64,000 nt of DNA from Polyangiales bacterium (lineage in GTDB: Bacteria > Myxococcota_A > Polyangia > Polyangiales > Houyiibacteriaceae). Of the stretch, positions 9,848-18,187 are shown in pieces; within the stretch, counting starts at the first letter, position 1, and each line of letters opens with the position of its first letter. Both the position numbers and the translations under genes were made by a program. The DNA is taken from positions 1 through 64,000 of the forward strand of contig JBGCFM010000143.1 in the NCBI GenBank assembly GCA_045106895.1, in the 5' to 3' direction. The notes under the pieces were generated by a model that saw nothing but the letters and a program-made list of their open reading frames with translations, was not told where the DNA came from and did not search any database.

Positions 9848-10342
9848 GTGCCCGGTCGACTCTCAAGCATTCTCTTCGCAGCGATCGTCCTCATGGCCGC
9901 GGCCACCTACGCGCTCGCCCAAACGACGCGCCCGGACGCGCCTTTGGACGCCCTAGATGATGCACGGTGGATCCGCGCCTTTGCCGACTCTTCGGCAGCA
10001 CCGCTGGCAGATTCGCTTGCGGACGGCGACCTGGAGACCTCGCTTCGCGTTCTGGCAGCACTTCCCGCGGACGATGCTCCCGAAGCCCATCTGGTCGCGT
10101 TGTCGCACGTCGCGCGTAGCGACGACCCGTCTCTCGCCCCCGCAGCAGCCCAGTGCGCGATTCGGATTGTTGAGGGGCTCACACACCACGCGCTCATGGC
10201 ACGAGAGAGCGCCATCGACGGCGACGCCACGGATGGCTTTCGTGCACTTGCGGAAGACCCGAGTGCCCGCGCCGACCTCCAGCGCGCCGCCGAGTACATC
10301 GTCGCGCGACTTGGCGAACTTGAGCGTCGCGAAGCGCCCTAG
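9848..10342 (+). CDS. exported helical (HEAT-like) hypothetical protein
   Basis: Signal peptide ending ALA-Q, Ala/Leu-rich helical body, divergent from the HEAT gene. Start uncertain. Confidence 0.55.
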   Translation: MPGRLSSILFAAIVLMAAATYALAQTTRPDAPLDALDDARWIRAFADSSAAPLADSLADGDLETSLRVLAALPADDAPEAHLVALSHVARSDDPSLAPAAAQCAIRIVEGLTHHALMARESAIDGDATDGFRALAEDPSARADLQRAAEYIVARLGELERREAP

Positions 10343-10350
10343 TCAGCGCG

Positions 10351-11211
10351 CTAGGGTTCTGGAACAGGTTGCGGCGGAAGAGCGGCGGCAACGGACGCAA
10401 ACTCCTCAGGGGTCAGCGTTTCCCCTCGTCGCCCGCCATCCACGCCAGCGCTTTCGAGGGCTTCACGGCTTCCCTCGATCCGCTTGAGGGCATTTCGAAG
10501 TGTCTTTCGACGCATACCGAAGGCCGCGCGCACCACGGCAATAAAACGCGAGTCGTCGACTGGCGCGCGCTCCTTCTCAAGGGGCGTCAGCCGAACAACC
10601 GCGCTCTCCACTTTAGGGGCGGGAAAGAATGAACCGGGTTTGACCCGCATCACGGGCTCCACCTGGAACACAGTGCCGATGAACACGCTGAGCGCTCCGT
10701 AGGCTTTTTCGCCCGCGCTCGCCGCGAGCCGTAGAGCCACCTCCCGCTGCACCATGACGACCGCCCGATCGATTCGTTCACGTTCTGCAACGAGGCGCCG
10801 GAAAATCGCACCGCTGATGGCGTAAGGGAGGTTTCCACATACGGCGATTCGCGCTTCCTCCGGGGTGTCCCCGCGCAGCTCCGCGTCCCGGAGGTCGAGG
10901 GCGGCGGCGTCGGCGTCGACGACGGTGAGCGCAAAGCCTTCAAACTCGCTCGCTAGGAGCGCTCGCATCGCCGGATCTCGCTCCACGCCAACGACGTGAG
11001 CGCCCTGACGAAGCAGCGCCGCCGTGAGAGTGCCCGCGCCGGGGCCAAGCTCGATGATTCGCTCGCCTTCGCCGGGGCGAACAGCAGAGGCGATGTCATC
11101 GACGACATGCTGATCCGTGAGGAAGTTCTGAGAGAAGCGCCGCTTGGGGCGAGCTCCGTGGCGCGAAAGCACACGCCGCGGGTCTTCCCATTCGGGTCCT
11201 AGGTGAGTCAT
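10351..11211 (-). CDS. rsmA: 16S rRNA (A1518/A1519) dimethyltransferase
   Basis: PKRRFSQNFL, IELGPGAG, GNLPYAIS, MVQREVA, SFFPAPKVES, RRKTLRN. Confidence 0.95.
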   Translation of the reverse strand: MTHLGPEWEDPRRVLSRHGARPKRRFSQNFLTDQHVVDDIASAVRPGEGERIIELGPGAGTLTAALLRQGAHVVGVERDPAMRALLASEFEGFALTVVDADAAALDLRDAELRGDTPEEARIAVCGNLPYAISGAIFRRLVAERERIDRAVVMVQREVALRLAASAGEKAYGALSVFIGTVFQVEPVMRVKPGSFFPAPKVESAVVRLTPLEKERAPVDDSRFIAVVRAAFGMRRKTLRNALKRIEGSREALESAGVDGGRRGETLTPEEFASVAAALPPQPVPEP

Positions 11212-12782
11212 ATCCGCTCCGGGGACGCGATAGTAGCCATGACTCCGTGGCGCCTCAAGAGCCGATGCGCGTGACGCAGTCGACGCTCCTCTCCACGTGC
11301 GAAGAGTGCACGAACGGCGAGCTCGTTGGCGTCGCTCGAGGGAGCGTCGAGCTGTCGACCATCCGCCAATACGAACTCGATGCGGTGGCCGTGTGCACGC
11401 ACAACCTGGAGGGTTTTCGTAAAGGCTTCACTTTCCAAGATTCCATCAAAGTCCGTGATGACCACCAGCGTCGACGGCACCTGTGAACGTCCGCCGGCAC
11501 GTGTGATCGCGGCCAAGAGCGCATCCGTTTTGCCCAGCGGCGCGTCGCTTCGTGCGGGCAGGGCGAGCCCATGTTCCTGGCAATAGAGCCGGAGAACTCG
11601 CGACGTAGCGTTCGGTGCCTGCACCGTGTGACCTTTGCGTTCTCGGTCTCCAAGATTTCGTCGAACATGACGAACAAGGCCTTTTCGGTTGATGCCTTTG
11701 CCCTTCACGGCGTGGACAAAGTCGACCCCGTCTTGCTGCTTGACGTAGCGGGTCACGAGTCGGACCAGTTCGTGCTCGTCGGTGGCCGTGCGGTCCGCAT
11801 CGACGACCTCGGTCTCCGCCAAGAGCGCGTCGTAGATACGTAGTGTCTGCGCTTTCCCTTCGCCCGCGGGGAGATGCTGCGTAACGCGACCGTCGATGGT
11901 GGTCAGAGCCACGCGGTCCCCGTCCCGTGACGCTCGGCGGCACTCCGCCGCGACAAGGTCCAGAGCGTAGTCGAGCTTTCTTCTCCCGGGCTGGCCGCCA
12001 CGCATCGTGGCGCTCACGTCGACGATAAGTTGGCGGGTCTGTTGAATCTCCTGCTCCACTTCGCGAACGATCAGCTTCCCGCGGCGGGCGCTGGCCTTCC
12101 ATGCGATTGACTTGAAGGGGTCGCCAGGCACCAACTCCCGAAGCTCGCGGAGCTCCGTGCCCCCTCCGCGCTGACGAGCGCGAGACAGGCCGCTTCGAGC
12201 GCTAGCGCTGGTTTCGAGCGGAGCGCCGCTTCGATGAAGCCGGAGTGCCGCCGCACGTGGTAGGACACGAATCGTCAACAGGTTCGGGAAATAGAGTGGC
12301 GTGTCGAAAAGGCCCAGCGGACCACGAAGCCGAATCGCGAGGCCGTGGAGCACCACGCGACCGGCGGCGACGGCTTTGACCTTCAGCGTGAATTCACTCC
12401 GCGCGCTGGCGGCAAAAACAAACGCGGCTTCCTCTTCTTCATCGATGGCCAAGGTGTGACTTGCGACCGGCGTGAGCTCCGAGACGTGGAGGTCCGAGCC
12501 ACCGCGATGACGAACAAAGCAGCGGACCAAAAACGGTACGCCGGCAACAACAGAGCCGCTCGCAGAGCCGGTTCCATGGTCGAGCCACCAAGCGAACTCC
12601 AGTCGCTCCCTGCGAAGCTTGCGCCCCATGGGAATCGACTCGGCGAATGCCCACGCGAGCACGAGCCATATGGCCACAGAGACGGTCACGAGCGCGCCAT
12701 TCTGTGCGAAGAGACCGGTCAGTGTCGCACACAAGGCGAGGGCGGCGAGTACCTGAGCCGTACGGGTCGCTATGGGGTACAT
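11208..12782 (-). CDS. DUF58 domain protein (MoxR partner)
   Basis: ELRELRELVPGDPFKSIAWKASARRGKLIVRE, IVDVSATM, N-terminal TM segments; directly downstream of moxR. Confidence 0.9.
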   Translation of the reverse strand: MYPIATRTAQVLAALALCATLTGLFAQNGALVTVSVAIWLVLAWAFAESIPMGRKLRRERLEFAWWLDHGTGSASGSVVAGVPFLVRCFVRHRGGSDLHVSELTPVASHTLAIDEEEEAAFVFAASARSEFTLKVKAVAAGRVVLHGLAIRLRGPLGLFDTPLYFPNLLTIRVLPRAAALRLHRSGAPLETSASARSGLSRARQRGGGTELRELRELVPGDPFKSIAWKASARRGKLIVREVEQEIQQTRQLIVDVSATMRGGQPGRRKLDYALDLVAAECRRASRDGDRVALTTIDGRVTQHLPAGEGKAQTLRIYDALLAETEVVDADRTATDEHELVRLVTRYVKQQDGVDFVHAVKGKGINRKGLVRHVRRNLGDRERKGHTVQAPNATSRVLRLYCQEHGLALPARSDAPLGKTDALLAAITRAGGRSQVPSTLVVITDFDGILESEAFTKTLQVVRAHGHRIEFVLADGRQLDAPSSDANELAVRALFARGEERRLRHAHRLLRRHGVMATIASPERI

Positions 12783-12804
12783 CGCCGCCTTTGGCTCTCG
12801 GGAG

Positions 12805-13776
12805 TCATCCTTGAGGCGTTCGCCGCGGCTTCACGTTTTGAAGGGCGAGCTTAATGATCGCTTCGCCCTTGGTGCCTTCCATTTCTGCTTCCGGCGTCAA
12901 CACGAGACGGTGCGCAAGCACGTGCTCAGCGAGAGCTTGAACGTCATCTGGGAGAGCGTAGCCGCGGCCGCTCAACAGGGCACGAGCGCGCGCTGCTGCG
13001 ACGAGGGCCAGCGAAGCGCGAGGCGAAGCTCCGAGGTAGACATGGGCGTGTTTGCGGGTCCAGGTCGTCAGGCGAACAACGTAGTCGAGAACCTCTTCGT
13101 CGATGTGCACGGAGCGCATGAGCTGTTGCAGTTCGAGGATGGCCTGCGGGTTGAGGAGAGGGCGTGCCTTCGGCGACTCTCCCAAGAAGCGCCGGAGAAT
13201 GGCGCGCTCATCTTCATGACTTGGATAGCCAATCCATAGACGCATGAGAAACCGATCGATCTGTGCTTCAGGCAGCGGATAGGTGCCCGCCTGCTCGATG
13301 GGGTTTTGCGTCGCGAGAACCAAAAAGGGCTGCGGCAGCGTGCGTGTTTCCCCCTCGATGGTGACCTGCCTCTCCTGCATCGCTTCGAGGAGGGCGCTCT
13401 GTGTTTTAGCCGGGGAGCGATTGATCTCGTCGCCTAGAACGACATGCGCAAAGAGCGGTCCTTCTCGCAGCTCAAAAGTGCCTTCCCGCGGTGAAAGAAC
13501 GAAGGTGCCGGTGATGTCCGCCGGGAGGAGGTCTGGCGTGAATTGAATTCGGCGAAACGAGCAACCAAGCGTGGTGGCGAAGGCCTTGACGAGAGTCGTC
13601 TTCGCGACGCCGGGGACGCCTTCCAAGAGGACATGTCCCCCCGCCACCAGGCTCGTGAGGATGAGCTCAGGGACATACCGTGGGCCGACGAAGACGTTTT
13701 GGACCTCCTGAATGACCGCGACGGCGGTTCGCGCAGTTTGCGCCAGAACATCCGGGGGGAGAGAAGAGGTGCTCAT
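12805..13776 (-). CDS. MoxR-family AAA+ ATPase
   Basis: HVLLEGVPGVAKT, RIQFTPDLLPADITG, DEINR, ATQNPIEQAGTYPLPEAQIDRF, GASPRA. Confidence 0.95.
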   Translation of the reverse strand: MSTSSLPPDVLAQTARTAVAVIQEVQNVFVGPRYVPELILTSLVAGGHVLLEGVPGVAKTTLVKAFATTLGCSFRRIQFTPDLLPADITGTFVLSPREGTFELREGPLFAHVVLGDEINRSPAKTQSALLEAMQERQVTIEGETRTLPQPFLVLATQNPIEQAGTYPLPEAQIDRFLMRLWIGYPSHEDERAILRRFLGESPKARPLLNPQAILELQQLMRSVHIDEEVLDYVVRLTTWTRKHAHVYLGASPRASLALVAAARARALLSGRGYALPDDVQALAEHVLAHRLVLTPEAEMEGTKGEAIIKLALQNVKPRRTPQG

Positions 13777-15011
13777 GAGCTGGTTTCCGTGGGCGAAAGG
13801 CGTCCGAGGAGCCTCTCCCCCGTCTCTACCATGCGCCTCAGTTCTTGCGTGGACACATTCGGCGTTCCGGGCGGCACATCCACCTGTTGAGCGATGGACT
13901 CAAGGCGTCGGAGGAGCTCGCCGAGCTCTCCTTGCTCCGCGGCGTTCAGGCCAGAGCGTGATGCCCGCTGCTGAAGCCGCGCAAGTGTCGCACCGGCGGG
14001 AAGATCCAGTCCCTCTCGGAGCGCCGCGTGGAGTTCGAAACGATAGGTCAAACAAGCGTGGGCTCGGTGTAGACCCTTTTCCAACGTGTACCGCACTCGA
14101 GCGGCATACCCCGAACCCGCCATCCCTTGAGGCAGAACGGACGTCCCATAGGGAGAGCGGAGGGGAAGGGCAGACATGATCATCAGCAACGCCAGAGCGA
14201 TAAACGTCATCGCGACGGCAATGAGAGCCGCCGGAGGAAGTTGAGCGGAGGTCACCTCCTCGAGCCACTCGTTTACACGAGCCACCGCGTCTTTTCGCGA
14301 ACCGACGCTTCCGCCGACGATTCGGGTTCTTGGGGTGACCACGAGGAAGCGACCTTCCGTGGACTTCAAGTAGTTCAGGAGGTTCGTCGCGAACTGCGCG
14401 TTCCCATGAAACTCGAGCATGTTGTTGATGAGGACCGATGGGTCGCCCAGGACCACAAGTCGCCCTTGGCCGACGGCACCGGTGAGAACAGGACCGCGAC
14501 CCTCTGCGGTGAACCCGAAGAGCGCCACGAGGTCCTGGTGCGTGACGACCTGGGGGTGGTTCGTGACGAGGTGACCAACGCCTTCGGTGAGGGGGTGCCT
14601 AAGAATTGGCTGAGCGATGAGCAGTTCCGGGTTGCCACGAAAGCGATGTGCCCCCTCCGGCGGGGTGGTGCGGCGGATTGAGAACACCGACAGAAACTCC
14701 TCCGATTCACCGAAATCGTCACCCACCGCCACGCGACCGCCCGCACGCAGAAAATCCGTCAGCGCACGGGACGGGAGATCGCCCCTCGGGTAGAGAATTA
14801 ACAGAGAATCTGTCGCACCCAAGGTGGAGAGATCGACCTCCGCGGGCGTATCGAATACGATTCCTTGTTCCGACGCAATCTCCGCCAGGCGTGAGAGTCC
14901 GTTCCAGTTGGGGTCCCCAAAATCGTACTCGATGCCCTGCGCATGAGCGACGCCAGAGCCAGCTACCAGTAGGAACAGCAGCGCAGTAATGGGGCTCATT
15001 CTACTGGGCAC
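13773..15011 (-). CDS. DUF4350-like exported/membrane protein
   Basis: Signal peptide, WNGLSRL, FLRAGGRV, GQGRLVVLGDPSVLINNML...NAQFATNLL and one TM helix. Start 15011 or 14999. Confidence 0.75.
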   Translation of the reverse strand: MPSRMSPITALLFLLVAGSGVAHAQGIEYDFGDPNWNGLSRLAEIASEQGIVFDTPAEVDLSTLGATDSLLILYPRGDLPSRALTDFLRAGGRVAVGDDFGESEEFLSVFSIRRTTPPEGAHRFRGNPELLIAQPILRHPLTEGVGHLVTNHPQVVTHQDLVALFGFTAEGRGPVLTGAVGQGRLVVLGDPSVLINNMLEFHGNAQFATNLLNYLKSTEGRFLVVTPRTRIVGGSVGSRKDAVARVNEWLEEVTSAQLPPAALIAVAMTFIALALLMIMSALPLRSPYGTSVLPQGMAGSGYAARVRYTLEKGLHRAHACLTYRFELHAALREGLDLPAGATLARLQQRASRSGLNAAEQGELGELLRRLESIAQQVDVPPGTPNVSTQELRRMVETGERLLGRLSPTETSS

Positions 15012-15067
15012 AGGCCATAATCTCGTTGCAGAGCCAAGAAGGCAACGACTCTGGACTTGTCGAACTC

Positions 15068-15095
15068 TTGTTTTCGAAAAAGCCGTCGTTATAGT
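15068..15095 (+). promoter_or_regulatory. sigma70-like promoter for the small gene at 15128
   Basis: TTGTTT (15068-73), 16 bp, TATAGT (15090-95) in an AT-rich intergenic region. Confidence 0.5.
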
Positions 15096-15127
15096 GGGAG
15101 ATATCTGCCCTCTAACGGGACCCTTTT

Positions 15128-15292
15128 ATGCTTCCTCCATTCATCATCGACCAAATCCGACGCCGAGAAGAACAAGAGCAAGAGGCGCCGCAACGACGGC
15201 AGCGTGTTGAGCTCCCCATTCCGACACGCGCTCTTCCCGTGACCGAAGAAGACGAAAAACGCCGCGGCGTTGTTGTCATCGACCTGGGCTAG
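15128..15292 (+). CDS. 54-aa small protein missing from the ORF track (MLPPFIIDQIRRREEQEQEAPQRRQRVELPIPTRALPVTEEDEKRRGVVVIDLG)
   Basis: Manual translation ATG 15128 to TAG 15292, with promoter upstream and hairpin downstream. Resembles a small-protein pattern I recall from myxobacteria (F-I-I-x-x-I-x-R...RGVVVID). Confidence 0.75.
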   Translation: MLPPFIIDQIRRREEQEQEAPQRRQRVELPIPTRALPVTEEDEKRRGVVVIDLG

Positions 15293-15300
15293 TGACCTTG

Positions 15301-15330
15301 AAGCCGCACCGACAATGTCGGTCGCGGCTT
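15301..15330. terminator. hairpin between the convergent small gene and SDR gene
   Basis: AAGCCGC-ACCGAC-aat-GTCGGT-c-GCGGCTT. Confidence 0.6.
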
Positions 15331-15338
15331 TGGCGCGT

Positions 15339-16163
15339 CTAGGAACGAACGATCTCGTGCCAGCGTGACGCGAGTTCGCCCTCGTCGAAGGGACCATTCA
15401 TTGCGAAGGCTCCGGTCGTCTCTCGGCTTTGAAGCGAGAAGACGCGGTTGCCCGCGATGGCGAGGACTTCGCCGCTGATATCGTCGGCGGCTTCCGAGAG
15501 CAGAAAACTGATCAGTGGCGCGACATGCGCCGGGCTCATGGAGTCGTCCGAGATTCCCTTAAACAGAGGCAAGTCCTCGGTCTGTCGAGTTCTGGCGGTT
15601 GGTGCCACGGCGTTGACGCGTATTTTCATTCGACGCAGTTCAAGCGCCGCCGAACGAACGGCTGCGATGACCCCCGCTTGGGCCGCCGCTTGGGCGCTTT
15701 GACGAGCTGCACCAAAGAACGCGGTGGAACCCGTGGCGAGAACGACGGACCCGCCATGCTTTGCGGTCGCCCAATGTTGCGAAGCGGCTCGCAGGAAGTG
15801 GAGCGGGGCTTCGAGATGAGTTCGCAGGTTTCGCGCGACCTCATCGCTGGATTGACGAAGCACGCTTCGCTCCGCGCGAAAGCCGGCCAGGTGGACGATG
15901 CCGTCCAGCCGTCCGAATGCTGAAAGCGCGAGGTCGATGCAGCGCTCTGCTGTCGCTTCGTCTCCAACGTCGCCGCCGTCACAGACGGTCTCGGCCTCCA
16001 GTTCGGAGGCGAACTTCTCGACGACCTGCGGGTCGCGGCCGGTTCCATCAAGGTCCGCGCCTACGTCACAAAGGACAAGGCGGTGGCCTCGAGCCGCAAG
16101 ATGTGTGCATACCGCGCGGCCGATTCCGCCGGCGGCGCCCGTGACAATCGTGACGGGCTGCAT
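15339..16163 (-). CDS. SDR-family oxidoreductase (peroxisomal MFE-like subgroup)
   Basis: TGAAGGIG, D-x-G-x-x-x-DG-x-G, FGRLDGIV, IRVNAVAPTARTR, VAPL. The usual YxxxK position reads QAAAQ, so catalysis may be atypical. Confidence 0.85.
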   Translation of the reverse strand: MQPVTIVTGAAGGIGRAVCTHLAARGHRLVLCDVGADLDGTGRDPQVVEKFASELEAETVCDGGDVGDEATAERCIDLALSAFGRLDGIVHLAGFRAERSVLRQSSDEVARNLRTHLEAPLHFLRAASQHWATAKHGGSVVLATGSTAFFGAARQSAQAAAQAGVIAAVRSAALELRRMKIRVNAVAPTARTRQTEDLPLFKGISDDSMSPAHVAPLISFLLSEAADDISGEVLAIAGNRVFSLQSRETTGAFAMNGPFDEGELASRWHEIVRS

Positions 16164-18061
16164 CAGCGCACGGTTGCGGAGCGGGAGATGACGTACCTCT
16201 GCCCGGCCGTTGTTGAGTCGTTCACCATGTTGCCGCCGAAGCGTTGCACTGCGTAGAACATGAGGTTCCGGTTGTCGTTCAGCCGCGTGTCCGCGATCGG
16301 ATCATTGCCACCGAAGTTGTCCGTGCTGCGCTCCGTCGAGTGGAAGAGGCCAAGGTAGTGGCCGAGCTCGTGAGCGAGGATTTGGCCTGCGAAGCGGCCA
16401 AGGTTGCCGACGATTTGAGTGTCGAAGCTAATGACGACGCCGCTGTGTGCGGTCCCATGAACGTCGACGGGGCCGGGGATGCCGCCTGCGACGCCGAGGG
16501 TTCCACCGCCGCCGTCTTCATCGAAGCCGCGGACCAGGAAAACGTTGACGACCTGCTCGTCGGAAGGGGCGCTTTGACGGAAAAGCCCAGCAAGCTCACT
16601 TCCGGGTCCTTGAGTGGAGTTGATGATGGAGTAGCGGTTGTCGGAAATGTCCACGTAGTCACCGGCGGAGGGCATGATGATGTTGATGCCCGCTTCGGCG
16701 TAGATCTCGTCCAGGCGTTCAAGGGTGGACTGCAAACGGTCAACCGTGTGCGCATTCCCGGCGGTGAATCCAAGTCCAGGTGCCACGTGAACACGAAGGC
16801 GAAGGTCGCCACCTCCTTCCCCCGTGGTCGAACGTCGCACCAGCGCCCTCACAGTCACTTGGCTTTCTGGACCCGTCTCGTCGAAGAAGGTCCCAGAGAG
16901 CACCACGTGTCGACCGGACGCCAACTCCACACGGTCCGGTGTGCTGTTGGGAATGAGCATCGTCGCGGTCTCCGTGCGTTCGCCGCTTGGGTACCAACGG
17001 ATGGGCTGATCGGTTCCTCCGGCGAGAGCCTCCAGGCTAAAGAGCTGTGCACCGGTCGGGTCGAAGACCTGGAAGAACGTGAGGTTCATGTTAAGCGGCT
17101 GGGCCTGCTCGACGACGAGGGTAAGGCTGATGGCGTCTGGCGGTACGGCGATGACGCCGCGGGGCAGCATTTGGCCAGAGGAAGTTGCTGTGTCCGAAAG
17201 GATGTACTCATCAACGCTGCTTGTCGCGGGGCTGTACCAGCAGGCGCGGTAGGTGAGCCCGGATTCCGACACGGGACGACAGGTGTGACCAGGAAGACAA
17301 TCATCGTCTCCGTCACAAATTTCAGTGCACTGATTTCGGTAGCAAGTGCTGGACTCACACTCGGAGTCATCAGCGCAGGCGCCCCCTAGGAATTCCTCTG
17401 CGGGACGTGAGTCGATGCAGGCGGCGACTGCACGGTCCGCTGTGCCATCACCATCATCGTCCACGCCGACGGGCGCGCAGACAAGACTCGCGCTGCCACA
17501 AGACGCACGGTCCACGCAGCCAGGTAGACACACGTCACCGTCGCAGACGCCATCACAGTCGCCGCAGCCGATGGGCGGAATATCGGGCTGGTTTGTGTCA
17601 GGGAGAGCGTCGACTCCGCCATCCATGGACGCGGCGGGCACGCAACGGTTGCCGACGCATTCTGTTCCAGCGCCACACTCGGCGTTAGTCGTGCACTCGG
17701 CTCCGGTGCACGTGCCGGACTCGCATACCGTGTCGGGGCCGCACTCGGTGTTGCTGATGCAGTCCGGCCGACAGGTGCCGCGCCAGCACTGGTACCCCTC
17801 ACGGCACGCCGTCGGGTCGGCGCACGATGCGAGGCAAAGCGGACTACCGAACTCCTCTACGCAACTGGAGCCCGCGCTACACACGCCGTCTGGGCACGCG
17901 GCGGTGCAGTATCCATCCGGGAAACGCTCACCTTCGGCGCAAAAAAGCGAAGCGCAGCCGGCGGCGCAGGGGCTTCCGTAGGGAGTGTCGTTGGGCGAGG
18001 AACTCTCGGAGCAGCTCACAAGGAGAGCGCCGAAGAGGAAGACAAGGGCGATGTTGCGCAT
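16163..18061 (-). CDS. Cys-rich lipoprotein with C-terminal metzincin (M43/pappalysin-like) metalloprotease
   Basis: MRNIALVFLFGALLVSC lipobox, many Cys repeats, DDDGDG Ca-type loop, HELGHYLGLFH (HExxHxxGxxH) and NLMF Met-turn. Confidence 0.85.
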   Translation of the reverse strand: MRNIALVFLFGALLVSCSESSSPNDTPYGSPCAAGCASLFCAEGERFPDGYCTAACPDGVCSAGSSCVEEFGSPLCLASCADPTACREGYQCWRGTCRPDCISNTECGPDTVCESGTCTGAECTTNAECGAGTECVGNRCVPAASMDGGVDALPDTNQPDIPPIGCGDCDGVCDGDVCLPGCVDRASCGSASLVCAPVGVDDDGDGTADRAVAACIDSRPAEEFLGGACADDSECESSTCYRNQCTEICDGDDDCLPGHTCRPVSESGLTYRACWYSPATSSVDEYILSDTATSSGQMLPRGVIAVPPDAISLTLVVEQAQPLNMNLTFFQVFDPTGAQLFSLEALAGGTDQPIRWYPSGERTETATMLIPNSTPDRVELASGRHVVLSGTFFDETGPESQVTVRALVRRSTTGEGGGDLRLRVHVAPGLGFTAGNAHTVDRLQSTLERLDEIYAEAGINIIMPSAGDYVDISDNRYSIINSTQGPGSELAGLFRQSAPSDEQVVNVFLVRGFDEDGGGGTLGVAGGIPGPVDVHGTAHSGVVISFDTQIVGNLGRFAGQILAHELGHYLGLFHSTERSTDNFGGNDPIADTRLNDNRNLMFYAVQRFGGNMVNDSTTAGQRYVISRSATVR

Positions 18062-18187
18062 ATATGGACGAACTATGATGGATATTGGCGAGGGGCCGGC
18101 CGAAAAGGCGGCAGTAGATTTCGAAGAATCTCCGCTGTGCTGTAGAGTATAGAGGAAGGTTACGCTCGCGGCGACGCGGGGAGCACT

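Noticed and set aside
15089..15397. 102-aa minus-strand ORF and overlapping 61/73-aa plus-strand ORFs
   Set aside because: No protein-like features; the 54-aa plus-strand ORF with promoter and terminator explains the interval better.
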